Assembly: GCF_009914755.1 (NCBI RefSeq)
Contig: NC_060940.1
DNA: 64,000 nucleotides
Origin: the human T2T-CHM13v2.0 reference genome, Homo sapiens
Strand: one strand, 5' to 3'
The position numbers were made by a program, and so were the translations under genes. Positions within the stretch are counted from its first letter, which is position 1, and each line of letters begins with the position of its first letter. Under the pieces are notes generated by a model. That model was not told the DNA's origin and did not search any database. It saw nothing but the letters and a program-made list of their open reading frames with translations. Positions 40,696 through 55,379 of the stretch are shown here, piece after piece.

Positions 40696-43600
40696 ATGCC
40701 TGAATGATTTCAACTTAATCACAACCATGATGTGTGGGGAGGTTCTTAGGCTCCAGACAGGGCAGGTAGCCAGGGCTGTGGCACAAAAATGCTTCCTCTT
40801 CCACTGAGCCAGTCTGCTCAGAGTTCTAGAGCTGTCTGCATTTCTGCAACAGACCTCGTTACTCTGTCTTCAGACTGGAGTTACCTGTCTCCTCGCAGGT
40901 AGCCTTTATTCTCACTACAACACACTTTGGCTCTGGACTTTGTGCCTCCCTTCCAGGTCCTAGGACAGTGCAGGTCAGCTGCTCAAGAAAAGTCTACTGT
41001 GATGAGGAGACTTCAGGGTTTGGAAGCTGAAGATGGTCCTGCCCTGGTAGTCACGCTGAATTCCAGAAAGAATTCCCTCTCACCGGGCTTCCCACAAATC
41101 CACTGACATTCACTCAGGGGAATTACTTGAAACCTCATTAGTAAACCTACATTCTTAGCATTTCTTTTCTGCATGAGCAGAAAACCCACCTCTAGACATT
41201 GGCTACTATGGAAGATAATGACATAGTACACCTAAGTCATCACAAAATGGATGATGGTGTAATGAAATGGCGATGACGGTAACGCTGGCAGGGAACAGAC
41301 TTAATTCGGCTGAAATGTGCTTTTCATCTGTGGGGCAGTGTGGTTTTACCTGTCACCAGCTGGGTGACTTCAAAATGTTAAGGAGTCCTCTCTGAGTCTC
41401 AGTTTCTTTCTTGGTAAAATACAAAGTTGGTCTAGATATGGGTTGTAAAGTTAGATCCCTACAGGGCGGTCAGACAGATAATGGAAGCGTGTGAAGCAGC
41501 CTGAATACGAAAAAACAAGGACTGATGAAATTAGCAGAGAAGTGAAGAACACACATTCTGAAATGCACTTCCACTCCTTTAAAATAAAAAAGCATTTCTG
41601 GTTGAATAAAACATCTCTCTAGGATGAATCCAGCCCATAAGCCATCGGTCCAGTCACAATAATCCTGGGTTAGGTAATTCCCAAGGTACTCTCCAGCTTT
41701 GACATTCTATAAGTCACATTGTTATACTCAGGAAAAGGGCATGGGGCAAGCAATACATCTCATATGGATACACGGGAGCCCAGAGAAGACTGGCAACTTT
41801 TCTAAGGACACACAGAGGACTCAACACAAGGGTAGAACCAATCAAAAGACCCAGCTGTCCTATGTCACGGGTCTTGCTCTTTCTCTAACACATCTTTCCA
41901 CATGCAAAATCTGAGCTCATTAGCAAAGCCATGTTCTTGCTACAGAGCAGTCCTCTCTGTGTCTCAGTTTCCCCCTTGGTAAAATACAAAATTGGGCTAG
42001 GTCTGGGTTGTGAAGTTAAATCCCTATAGGGGTCAGACAGACAATGGAAGACAGATAATCCAAGCTCATTAGCAAAGTCATGTTCTTGCTGGGAAGGAAC
42101 TCAGCGAAGATTTTTTGTAATACAGTATTAACCCACTGAAATGTAACTGAGCTCTAACTGGGTCATCAAAGGAAGCCCCTGAGTTTAGGAAAATAAAACC
42201 CTGCCTTGACTCTGGCTAGTGCTAATTATACAAAAATGTCCAGTCGATGCACTTAACCATGCTTGAAACTTTCAATTTTAGATAATTTGTATTCAAACTT
42301 ACATGGTTACCAGACTAACCATGAGAGACAGACAGAGAAGAAATACAGGTGAGAGGACTAGCAAAATTTTTCTTTCCAGTTTTTAATTTCATGTTCCATT
42401 ATATGGGATAATAGCATCGTCTTGCAATTTTAATGTGATGTCCCGGACCATAATATTCAAATACAATATTTATGCAGTCATCTCCAAAATGAAATATTCA
42501 TGGGATTGGGAGATGGGTTGCTGTATTTATCACATTCAAAAACTGATATGCTGCAAACGCATGCTTTGGTTAACTAAGAGTAAATGGAGACAACCAATTC
42601 CCTAGGTCTCAGAAAAGTTTCTGGAGTCACAGGGGTGAATGGGGACTTAAGTCTTGGACTAGGAGATGGTGGCAGAGGCCCAGCAACAGGGTATCTACCA
42701 GGGGAGAGGCATCAGCTGTTTGGGCAGGGATTTGCATTTTTTCTTCCCTTTCTTTACCATAACTTGAAAAGGTAAAATTGGAAGGCAAGGTAAGTCAGTG
42801 AACACCTGAGTGACTTTTTATAAAATATGGCTCACCAACAAGGGGCGCATGGCTCTCTCACCTGAGGCGTGAAGCACAGATCTGTAGCAATAAGCCCCAT
42901 ATACAAAAGGTGACCAATGATACGCTCTTCCTTTTCATTTCCCATTGAGTAGGTTACCTGGGGCAACTGGGGCAACAGGTGACACTACAGCAAACAGACA
43001 TTGGGTGATCTAGGTACTAATCCTGCCTCTGCATTCACAGGCTATGAGATGTGGGGCTGGCTTAACCTCTCTGAATGCCAGTTTCCTCATCTGTAAGATA
43101 AGCCCCATGACACCTGTGTCTTGACAGCCTCCTGAATCAGCTGCAAAGTGTGATGGATGATGCTTCTCACAGGGCCTTGCAAAGTGTTTAGTAAGCGCTG
43201 TTCACCCAAGCAATGAACCGACTCAACCATCAATCCCTTCTTACCTAAGGATGACATCCCTCCCCCATGCCTGGCATCCTCAATCCTCCTTTCATGCTTT
43301 GTATTTCTCCACAGGACTTTTCACTTTCTAACACAATATACAAGATATTTATTTAGTCTGTTGTCTATTTCCACTCACTAGATGTAAGCTGCAAGATGGC
43401 AGAGATTTTTGCCTATTTTTGTTCACTGCTGTATCCCTACTGCTTACATCAGTGCCTACCATACAACTGGTGCTTAATAAATATTTACTGAAAAAATGAA
43501 TAAAAAGAAGGGTAACAGCCACACCTGTTGGGCAATCAGGCAGTCACAGACTTTCGTTAACTAGGTATTGGATCCTTCTAACACACATTTAACAGAAAAG

Positions 43601-46077
43601 AAAATTGAAGCTCAGAAAAGTTATGTAACTTTCCCAAGGTCACACAGCCAGAAGTCTTGAATTTAAATGCAGGTCTAGCTGGATCCAATGCAAGCTCTTA
43701 ACTACTCTGCCATCTTTGATGCCCCGATTCACCATAGTCCCACCAAAAAGATAGAAAGAACGGATCTGTGATCTTCTAATGCTTGAAAAAGACAATGCCC
43801 AGAAATGAGAGAGAATCAAAAGAGAAGGGCTTATTGTTGGCTTTGGAAGAATCTTTCTGCCAGACCTCTGGAAGATATCTGTCTTCTACCTGAGGTCAAA
43901 TATGAAATCATTTGCATTCAGTTTTACTTCCTAGGCTATGAGGAAGGGGCAGCTCACCTTCCTGATATTTTTACCTATTAGCACACTAAGGAAAAAGTCA
44001 CAGCTAAATATGATCCTATTGGGACATCCCAGGGACCAAATCTACTCAGCTGAGCATCAAAGTAAATCAGACAGAGGGTGGGAAGAAGTCCTGATTCTCC
44101 CCCATGGGAGAAGAAGTCAGTTAAAAAAACATCTGTGGCTTTTGGAAATAATGTCAGAAAGGTGGATAACAAAGAAGTTTCTCAATTCAGTTAATTCACT
44201 GGCTACAATCTTGGTATATTCATCAAGTATGGAATTATTCCAGAATTAAGCTGTCCCACTGTAAGTTTTAGAAGGAATAACTCTGCTCTTCAAGTTTACA
44301 GCATGTCTGAGCAAGAAGGAATCTTCACAAGCAGCTAATATAGCTAATGCTACAAATTAAAAAAAAAACAACCTGAGAATGAAAGTACAAATGATACATC
44401 CAAAGTCACAATGCCTAGAAAAAATAAAATCTCCCCCTTTTCTGTTTTCCTGTCTGGTAATCTGTCATTGAATCTAGATTACTCCTTCAGCATAAGTACA
44501 ACCTAAGGATTTTAGTTAAAAAATAAAGTCATGGAATAAATCATATAGACCCACAATGCATGAAATCAGTCAGCTATGTGAACAGGCTCACACATCTCTT
44601 CCTAGGCTCTCAGGAAAGGGCAGTTTAGCTGCCTGAGATTTTTCTCTACTGGCACAAAGTCACAGCTAAATATTATTCTATTGGGATGCAGTGGCAAGAT
44701 TTTGAGTCCTGGAATCAGATTACTTGGCCCAAGTCTTGTGTCTTCTACTAACCTTAGGCAACTTTAATCATATGGTACTTTGGTTTCTCACAGGGGAAAT
44801 GGTGATCATAATAGCTAATTCACAGAGCTGGTGTGATGATTCAAATGAGATTGTATACAGGGAGGGCTTAGCACATAGTAAGGGCTCCATAATGTCCATT
44901 ACGATGCTTTATGTTTTTTTCCTTTATCAGGGTGAATTTCTATCTGTCCTATTCTCTCTTCTGGGATTTGGTAGACAGGTACATAGGACACCTCCACAGC
45001 TAAGAAGAAATCCTTTAGTCTGGCAGAGCAATGATATTTCAGCACCAAGGACAGAAGTCCTTGTTTTAGTTGTGCAATAGCCATGATTGTGGCATGAAGG
45101 TGACAAGTGTCCTGGCCATCCTTCTAATTCTGTCCAAGCTCTGGATGAGCTCGCGAGGATTCAGCTCCCTGATTTTGAAGTTTGGCAGTTCCTCAGGGCC
45201 CCTGCTAGCCATTTCTCTCAGGCCCACGGTAGGCTGTGCCCCTTCTGGGCCTGAGCTGGAGTCAATTGTTATTCCTCTATCCTACAGTAGCTGGAAGATC
45301 AAGAATGCTTGAGGAATTCATTCCTTTAGCAGCACTAGAGAGCACCTTCGATATTCCAGGCTCTGCTCTATGCACTGAGAAAATGGTTTTAAATAAAATG
45401 GACATCACCCCGCCCTTCTCTCTCTTCTAGGCAAGACAAAAAGCGTAAATAATAACAGCTACCATTTATTGAGCGTATACTACATTCTAGGCTCTGTTCT
45501 ATGCACTTAATATATATTCTTCTGTTTAGAATTCACTGCAACCCCATGAGGGCTCATTTTACAAATGAAGGAACAGAGACACAGAAAGGTTAAGTAAATT
45601 TCCCAAGACCCACACAGCTGGTGAGTGGCAATGAGGGGAATCAAGCCTTAGTGTCAGGCTCTGCATTCCACACTCTAGCCACAAGGTTCTAATAAGTAAG
45701 TAGACATCGAGAAATATGAAACACAAATATAAAATTACATGCTATATAGGAACAAATATGGGGGTAATGATAGAAAATAAAGAGACAGGGACTTAATTAG
45801 TGGAGATCATTGGGGAAGGCTTCACTGAGGAGCAGGTGGCATGCAAGCTCAAAGAGAAGGAATCAGTCCTCTAAGGAGTTATGGGGAAGGCCTTTATGAG
45901 TGACAGAAAATTGAAAGTGCAAGGGCCCTGTGGCTGCCAAAGGAAGCTACAGGGAAGTCCTCAGCTTCAGAACCTCACTTCATAGGGGCCGACTTGATCT
46001 GATTGGTGGAAGGGACATACCACCCACAAGTCCACGTGGCTTGGATATGGAGGGAAACTCCGCAGTCAGCACCCTTA

Positions 46078-46410
<333 letters not shown>

Positions 46411-46660
46411 ACCCCAACTTTGGAGTCACTCTGCTTGGCTTCAAGTCTGTCTCGCCACCTATGAGCTGTGTGTTATTTAATCTTTCTAGCCTCAGTGTCC
46501 CCATCTGGAAAATGGGCACGATGATGATCGCATTTATGTCATGGGGTTGTTGTAGAAAGAGTGAATATCTGTAAGGTGCTTAGGATAATCAGTGGCACAT
46601 GTACCAGTTATTATTGCTGCCCTGTGTGGAGAAAGCTGACTTAGGTTTGACATTCAAGGA

Positions 46661-47804
46661 TGATGATTAGTTCAATGTCAGAAAAGGGGAGCTAGGGAGG
46701 CAGCTCAGATGCCATCCCGGCCTCCAATAGGAGAATGCTGCCTCTGGCAGATGGGGTTCAGGCCAGAGAAGAGAGAGAAACTTCTCTATACCACTTCTGA
46801 CCTGGGGCTGGAATCTACCTGCCTGGCTTTCTTATATTTCCCAAGGAGGGCAGAAAAAGAAGCTCAAGTAGAAATGCAGAGTCAGTGGCCTGAATCCTGA
46901 GGCTGGAGTACCTGGGCTTGGTGGCTCACATTCTTCACAGGGCTCACGTCACTGAATCAGCTTGCATCGCCAAGCGTCTAAAGGTCTGTTGAGGGCTAAT
47001 TGGTTTTCCACATTTCATGTATTTTTGAAAACATTGTTTACTGCCTTTTTTCTGATTATAAAAGGAATGCATAGCCTTGATAGATGGTTTGGAACATAAA
47101 AAAATGCAAAGAAGAAAATAAAAATCATACTCTACCTTTCAGAGATGACACTGGGAATGTACTTCCCCTCTAGTCTTTTGTCTAACTTCTTTGTGTATTG
47201 TTTGGAAAGAAGAAAAGTTCTAAAGATGACCTAAAAACACACGCTGAGGCCCAGGGAGGTATGTGTGTGCAGTTTTGTGTGGGTGCCTACATAATGCCAG
47301 ACTTTATTTTGACGTGGCTGCTATAATTGGATTAAATAAAGTGAACATGCAAACAGTCATGAACGCATCGGTTGGGTTTAAGGAAAGCAAAAGAGAAATG
47401 CAATCTGCTTTCCCTATTGGAGATGAGATATTAATGATCTCCTTGCATCAGTCATGGAGCTACAAGTTAGCCAGAAACAGAGCTCTTCTCTCAATAAGCA
47501 AGCTGGCACCAAAGGCCTTCCCGAATGCGGATTTGCCTGGAGGAGGTTCCTGGCCAGGCTCTCGACTGATTTGCCAACTTTTGTTTAAACATTTGCTTGT
47601 TTATACATCAAAGGAGGTTTGGGTCTGATGATTAGTTCAATGTCAGAAAAGGGGAGCTAGGGAGGCAGCTCAGATGCCATCCCGGCCTCCAATAGGAGAA
47701 TGCTGCCTCTGGCAGATGGGGTTCAGACCAGAGAAGAGAGAGAAACTTCTCTATACCACTTCTGACCTGGGGCTGGAATCTACCTGCCTGGCTTTCTTAT
47801 ATTT
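46661..47804. repeat. 179-bp near-perfect dispersed direct repeat (46661-46839 and 47626-47804)
   Basis: Identical except one base (ttcaggccaga vs ttcagaccaga). Confidence 0.97.
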
Positions 47805-48407
47805 GAAATGATAGCTGTTTCTCTTACTATGCTTTGCCTTACTTTAAGCATAATACCCATAAATCATGGGTTGGAGTGGCTAATTTTATAAATTGTTGTC
47901 GATACATATAAGGTCAATACCTAACTTTCATCACATGCCCACTTATAAAGGGCCCAAAAGAATCTCCCATGTCCCCAGTGGACATGAGAGTTATTGAACA
48001 TAAGAGTTATTGAACATTTTTGTAACATCTTAATTATGTGTATATTATCATCAAGATTCTTCTCATATCAACAACACCATCATTATCACCACTACTACCA
48101 CCACCATTGTGATCATCATCAACTTAATAGGCGCAACTAACTGTCCCCAAGGGCTTTTCCATATATTAATTCTTGCAACAACTCTATGGGATTGGTATGA
48201 TTATCCTCATTCCCATCTTACAGATGAGAAAACTGATACACAGGTAACTCACGTAACTTACCCAAGGTCACACACTGTGAGTGGATATTAGAGTTGGCCC
48301 GTGAATCTTGACAGTCTGGCTCCAGAGCCTGGATTCTTAACTGCTATGCTATGTGCTTTATGTAGCATCCTATACAAGAGGCCCCTTAATATTCTGCTCT
48401 AAGCCAA

Positions 48408-48553
48408 CTTTATTATTTTTAGAGACATGATCTCGCTTTGTCACCCAGGCTGCAATGCAGTGGTGCAAGCCTCAAACTCCTGGCCTTAAGCGATCCTCCT
48501 ACATCAGCCTCCCAGGATGCTGGGATTACAGGTGTGAGCCACTGTGCCCGGCC
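48408..48553 (-). mobile_element. Short deleted Alu/FLAM-like element
   Basis: TSD ctctaagc(c/t)aacttta. Confidence 0.85.
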
Positions 48554-51500
48554 TCTAAGCTAACTTTAAATAGCTTCAACTGTTTTCTTTCAATGTAGCC
48601 TTATTCGAAGCATAATATCCATAAGTCATGGTTGGAGCAGCTAATTTTATAAATTTGTTGATACACATAAGATCAATACCTAACTTTCATAGCATGCCCA
48701 CTTATAAAGGACCCAAAAGAATCCCCCATGTCCTGGTGGCACATAAACACACTTTGCAAAATGCTGACCCTAGGAAGTAGGGGAAGGACCTACCCTCACC
48801 CATGCAAAAAGATAATTCTATTTACATTCAGCAGGATTTTCTTTCATCTGCACACCTCGAGAGCGTAAACCTGCAGGTCCTCTCAAATGCAGTCACTATG
48901 GAGTAATAAAAGAACACAGGCCTTAAAGTCAGACGGAACCAGGTTCCATCTCAGCTCTGTCGTTCACTAGCTGTAGGGCCTTGAGTAAGGTAAAGCGACT
49001 CTCAAACCTCAGCTGTATTCATTTCTGAAATGGGGTAACACCTGCTAAATGAAGGTGAAATGAGAAAATGTCCTGGAATGCGCCCAGCGTGGGGCCTTCC
49101 TGTGGCCAGTGAGGATGCTCCATCTCCCCAATCCCATGATCATTATTTGAATTTTATAAAGATGGAGAAACAGAGGCATGGCCTGTCGAAGCCATTTGCT
49201 GACATCCCATGGCTGTGGTATAGAAGAGCTGGCATTTCGACCCAGGTGGCTGGACTCCAGCATCTATGCTCTGGCACTTCACACACTGTGTCCCAGGGCT
49301 AACATGGGGGCCCTGGTGACCCTGGATGAAGTGGAGAAATTAGATCAACCAGGGAAGGAAAAGTCTCAGAAAAACTCCGATTTTCACTTTCCAGCTCCCT
49401 GGAAGAGGCCTGTCCCCACACACTGAGACTTGAACAGGTTTCAGAGATTTGAAAAACTTCTCTGATGCTCCCTGAGCCAAGGCCAGGGACTTGTAGGGAT
49501 GTTTCCAAATACCTGATTATTCAGGCTGAGAGTAAACATGCGGCCACCTGCTTCTGCAAGCCCTGCTGAGGCTGCCTGGGAAAATGACAATTGTGCTACC
49601 TGTCTTGCAATGTATCTAGTGACTTTACTTTTGGAGGAAAGCAAGGAGAAACAGTGAACACAACCCTCCCCTTCATTTAATAACAGAAACAATCAGGACC
49701 AATTTGGCAGCTATTAGAATACTAGTTTGCCTTTATGCCATCTCTTCACAGTGGGAGCCAGAAGTCCAAATTGGCTGCTAAAGGTTGGAGATGAAGACAG
49801 AAGGTCAACATTGCTATTAGGAGCTACGTGGAATTAAAAACCGAGGCACCCCGTGGCCTATTCTGTATTTCACTGCTTGCCTTTGTTCATCCCCATCTCT
49901 CTGTCTTTCAAGATCTCTGCCTCTGTCACCTCCTCTTTTACCAGGGCTGGTCTGGACACATGAAATACCAGAATGGGAAGAGAATTTGGAGACTTTCTCA
50001 TGCAACCCCCTTGTTTTTCAAAGGGAGAAAATGAAGTCAAGAGAAGCAGAGTAGCTGCCTCAAAGTCACCAGTGCATTGGAAGAAAGCAGGCCTAGAACA
50101 CAGAGAGGCTTCATCACGTGAGAATTATGAGCTTGGACTCTGTGAACACTCACTTGGGTGTGAGTCCTCCCCGCTGCCCTAGTGCTGTGAGTTTGAGCAA
50201 GTAACTTCATCTTTTTGAGTCTCAGTTCCCTTATCTATAAAAGGAGGCTAATATATTGCCAATAATCCCCACCCAGTGCCAGAAAATTAAACATACACAC
50301 AGAAAAACAGAACTAATAGAGAGTCTGGGCTTGATGATATAATTTGCACAGCTTGATTTAGCCATACCTGAAGTCAGCCCTAATGTTTTAGTTACCTGAT
50401 CTGGTAATGTTCTTTACCCTTAAGCTAGTTTGAGCTGGGTTTCTGTCATTTCCCACCAAAAGAGTTCTCCCTAACACATCACCAGTGAAAGAACTTGAGC
50501 AAGCCACGCCCAGCTCTGGTCACTTGGGAGGGACCATGGATGATGGGCTATAGGTAGGCTTATTCGTGCAGCAGGTGAGGCCACAGCTAACAAAGAGGGA
50601 AGTGGCCAGTGAATGGGACATTGGCTTGTTTTACTATTAAATTAATGCTGAATCACTGCCCTAACTTCCGGTAAATGAGAAAATCCCAGCTGGGGACTCA
50701 CACGCAAGAGTTGGAAGTTGTGAGCTATTCTGTCAAGAGGCCTTTGGGTTTTAGGGTCTTGGAGGGAGGTGTAAGAAGCATTTCCTCAGCCTGAGACTTC
50801 TTTATGTTGTCCCAAGACATCTGGGTACCACCTGTCAATTACGGATGCACATCAATTATACAAAATGTACTCAGGCACCTAGAGGCAAAATTCAGGCCCA
50901 TTCTCCATCTATTTCTTTCTCCTACCAGCAACAATTTAGTTCTATGCTTATCATAACAATGACATAATCATCACCATCACCATCATCATAAACATTTACT
51001 ATGCCAAATGCTGTATATGCAGCATCTCATTTAATCTTCTCAATGAATAAATGAGTATAGGTCTATTAATATTTTCAAATATTATGAAACCAGTTCAGAG
51101 AGGTTAAGTCACTCGTCCAATGCAACACAGCTAGAACACAGTAGATCAGAATTCCAAACCAGAAGGTGTAACCTCACAGTCCCTGTTTTTAACTTGTGCT
51201 ATACTCAGTTCCTAGCACAGTGCCTGACAAATAGTGCTCAGAGAATAAATCCTGACTAGGCTGAAATAGTTAATACTAGGGTGGATGTAATTCACACACA
51301 AGTTGATACATTTACAATGGGCTCCTTTCTCGAGACACAACTTTGCACAAATCACCTATTAGCTGCTACCTGGAGAAGAAGAAGGGTTTTTCCTTCTCTA
51401 CCTGAGGGCGAGGAATACCAATGTCTGAGCCACTTCTGACAATTAACCACCTCCATGGAATCCTTGCCCAGCCCCACTTTGCTCCTGCAGCTATGGGGCC

Positions 51501-51835
51501 AGAAAAACTTGGGTTCAAATTCTAGCATTTAACCAGCTGTGTGATCTTCAGAAAAATCAGGTAAACTCCAGAAGCTTGACAAATGGGGAGAATAATTCTT
51601 ATAGCTGCATTGAGTGGCTGTGAAAACAAATATGGATCCTATACAAAAAGGGCCCACTTAGTAGGAACACAATACACAGTGGCCATGATTCTTCTTACTC
51701 ATCCAGCCAGGCCTCTGTACTCTTAGTGGCCTGAGCGTAGTAAACTAATCTGTGCTAATTTACAGAGCATCTTCAAGTTCGGGTGTTGCAGAAAGAGGCC
51801 TCCTTTTTAATGTAAAGAAGGTAGGCTGTGAGTAG

Positions 51836-52234
<399 letters not shown>

Positions 52235-52627
52235 TAAAGCTCAGGAGACGGAGCTACCTGCTTGCTTTTGTTCCTCCCATGCTGTGGATAACTGGGTAAA
52301 CTGTCACAGAGCCAGCCAAAATGACACTCCCACCAACAACAGCAGTGAAGATTTAAAGCAGAGATTACAAACAGAGATGTGGTCGGGGGCCAGGTTGGGG
52401 AACGGGGACAGGCAAGGACCGAGCGACCTAAGATCCAGGAAATAACTGCCATGAGAAAATTCAGGCACAGACTTAATGGACCTTCAGATTTTTTAAGACT
52501 GGCTAGAAATCTGGATTTTCATAGGAAATACTGCTGTTTTTAAATGGGGCTATTAATTTTCAAATGAAGCACCTGAATGAAAACAAGACAAAACAAAACA
52601 CTCTGAGAGCTAAACCATGCACGTTAA

Positions 52628-53012
<385 letters not shown>

Positions 53013-53045
53013 TTTAATGGTATTTTCTATTGGAATGAGGAATCC

Positions 53046-53074
53046 CATCACGTGATGTCACCTACAGGGGGCGC
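53046..53074 (+). promoter_or_regulatory. Palindromic E-box (CATCACGTGATG) beside a candidate CTCF motif (CCTACAGGGGGCGC)
   Basis: Direct motif reading. Both CpGs are retained. Confidence 0.5.
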
Positions 53075-53793
53075 TCAATACTGTATCCCTTCCAGTTGAT
53101 GGACCATCATGGAGACTTGGGCTCAGCTCAGTGCTGAACTGTAGAGATGCTATTTTTTTGACATTGTTCATTTTAAGCGAGAGAGGTGTGAGGGATCTGG
53201 GTTGGGGTTCTGGGTGCCTCCCACCCCTGCTGATGTGTTGGACACCAGTGAGGGAGTGAGGAGGACATGGGGCTGGGATCAGGACCCCTGGGTTCAAGTC
53301 CATGCTGGTATGACACTCTTTTCCACTACAGGTCAATTCCCTGAGAGGAAGGACTTGGTCTTGTTTGCGGCTAGAACAGCAACTGGCACACGCCCATGCT
53401 TGTTAAGTATTTGAATGAGTGGCTGACTGAATGAACGATCTGGGGACGTTGCTTACATTATGGGCCTCAGTCTTCCCATCAATAAAATGAGAATTAACCG
53501 TGGGTGCCCTACTGAAAGGGTTGCTGCAATGAGATATTGGACTTGTGGAAGTCCTTGGGGGAAGTAATCAAAAGGGCTGTCACACCATGAGAAACATCTA
53601 TGGTTATCTTGTCCTTGGCTGACAGAAGGGACTACTTCAGATCCCACGCAGACACAGCGAAGGACAGCTGGTGCCAAGCCTTTCTCCCACCCTCAACCTT
53701 TCTGTGGCTGCATGAAACCAGCCTAGAAAATTCCCCAAATGATCACTCAGATTTTCATTTCCATTTTGTACAGGGGTAGGGGTTGAGGTGCTA

Positions 53794-53946
<153 letters not shown>

Positions 53947-54199
53947 TCACCAATTATGTCAGTCTGCTTGAAGCACCTTCTCTGATCATTTGCACACAGG
54001 CTGATAAGGCATCCTCTTTATATCGCCATTTTTATGTCACCATCACTGACTCTATCACACTATGTTAAAATGGGCTGTTTGTGCATTTCTCTCCTCTATA
54101 CTCCAATATACTGGAGACTCTGTGAGGGCAAGTGTGGTGCTCCACATGTTTGGGAATCTCCAGTGCCTGGCACTGGGCTTGGCAAACAGCAAGTCAGCC

Positions 54200-54545
54200 C
54201 AAAGCTAAATGCACAGCAACCTCAGGACCTTTGCATTTGCTTGCCTGGGAAATTTCTCCCAGTATTGCTGGCTTGGCTTTGTCATCAGGTGTCCTTTCAA
54301 ATACCACCTCTTTAGAGAGACCTTTTCTGACCACTTAACCTAAAGTAGTACCTGCCTCCCGCTCTCTCCCCACCTTTATTACATCACTCTGTTTATAATA
54401 CTTCACTCTTGTATCACCAGCTGAAAGCACTGACCTTGCTTACATTAGAATGTAAGTTCCACGAGGACAGAGCCCAGCTGGATTTGTTCAACACTGGCAT
54501 ACAGTAGGAGCTATATTAATATTTGTTGAATAAACAAATGAATCA
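54200..54545 (+). mobile_element. L2 3' end
   Basis: tagaatgtaagttccacgaggacag..aatatttgttgaataaacaaatgaat. Confidence 0.7.
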
Positions 54546-55379
54546 AAGTGATGTGTGTTCAAACTGACTCCTTCAAATGCACTTTGAGCAATGAATGCAT
54601 CAATGAATGGACGGATACCAAGTCCTCGATAACCACGGGGCTACTGATTGAGAGAGCTTTAAAAAATATGAAGTCCAATACAAACGAGTGACATCGTTGC
54701 CAGCATTGTTATCCCAAATTTATCCCCATCAATCTCAGCACTAGCAGTGTAATCACAGCTAATCCGCTTGCGCATACAGCTGTGACAGTATTTTAAAAGG
54801 CAGTCACACGGGTCTCCATCTGCCAGAAACGCAGTCGCCTCTTCTGCTGAATAAACCCAAACAGGTAAATGGTGCTGATGTGACAGCTCCTTTATCACCA
54901 GCCTTCTCTGCTTCGGAATTTTTACTTCAAAGGAAAGCGTTAACTATTGTTTCAAATGGGAGGAACAGAGAAGAGAGCAGAAAGATAAAAAAACATCTCT
55001 GGGGTTATAATAGAAGCTAGACCTTCGAGAAGCAGGACAGTGCTTTAGAAAGCAATGCTTGGGCAGAAACAGAAAGATCTGGGGACAGATCCCAGCTCCA
55101 TGACTGAGTCAGCTGTGTGTCCAAGGATGTCATTTAACCTCACTGAATGGCAGCTTTCTCTGAATGCGCCTAGGTTGAAAATTAAACATGCCCAGCACCT
55201 AGTAGGCCCATCATGCATATATACTGAATGGACAACTGGGTGGATTTAAAGGGCACACAGTAGGGGCACAATCAATGCACGTCGTCCTGCTCTGCCTCCC
55301 AACTCTTTGGTCTGAGCTGCCCCTACTGCTCACCCCCTCCTTCATTTCCCTGCGCCTCTGCAGTCTCGCCACTCCAAGC

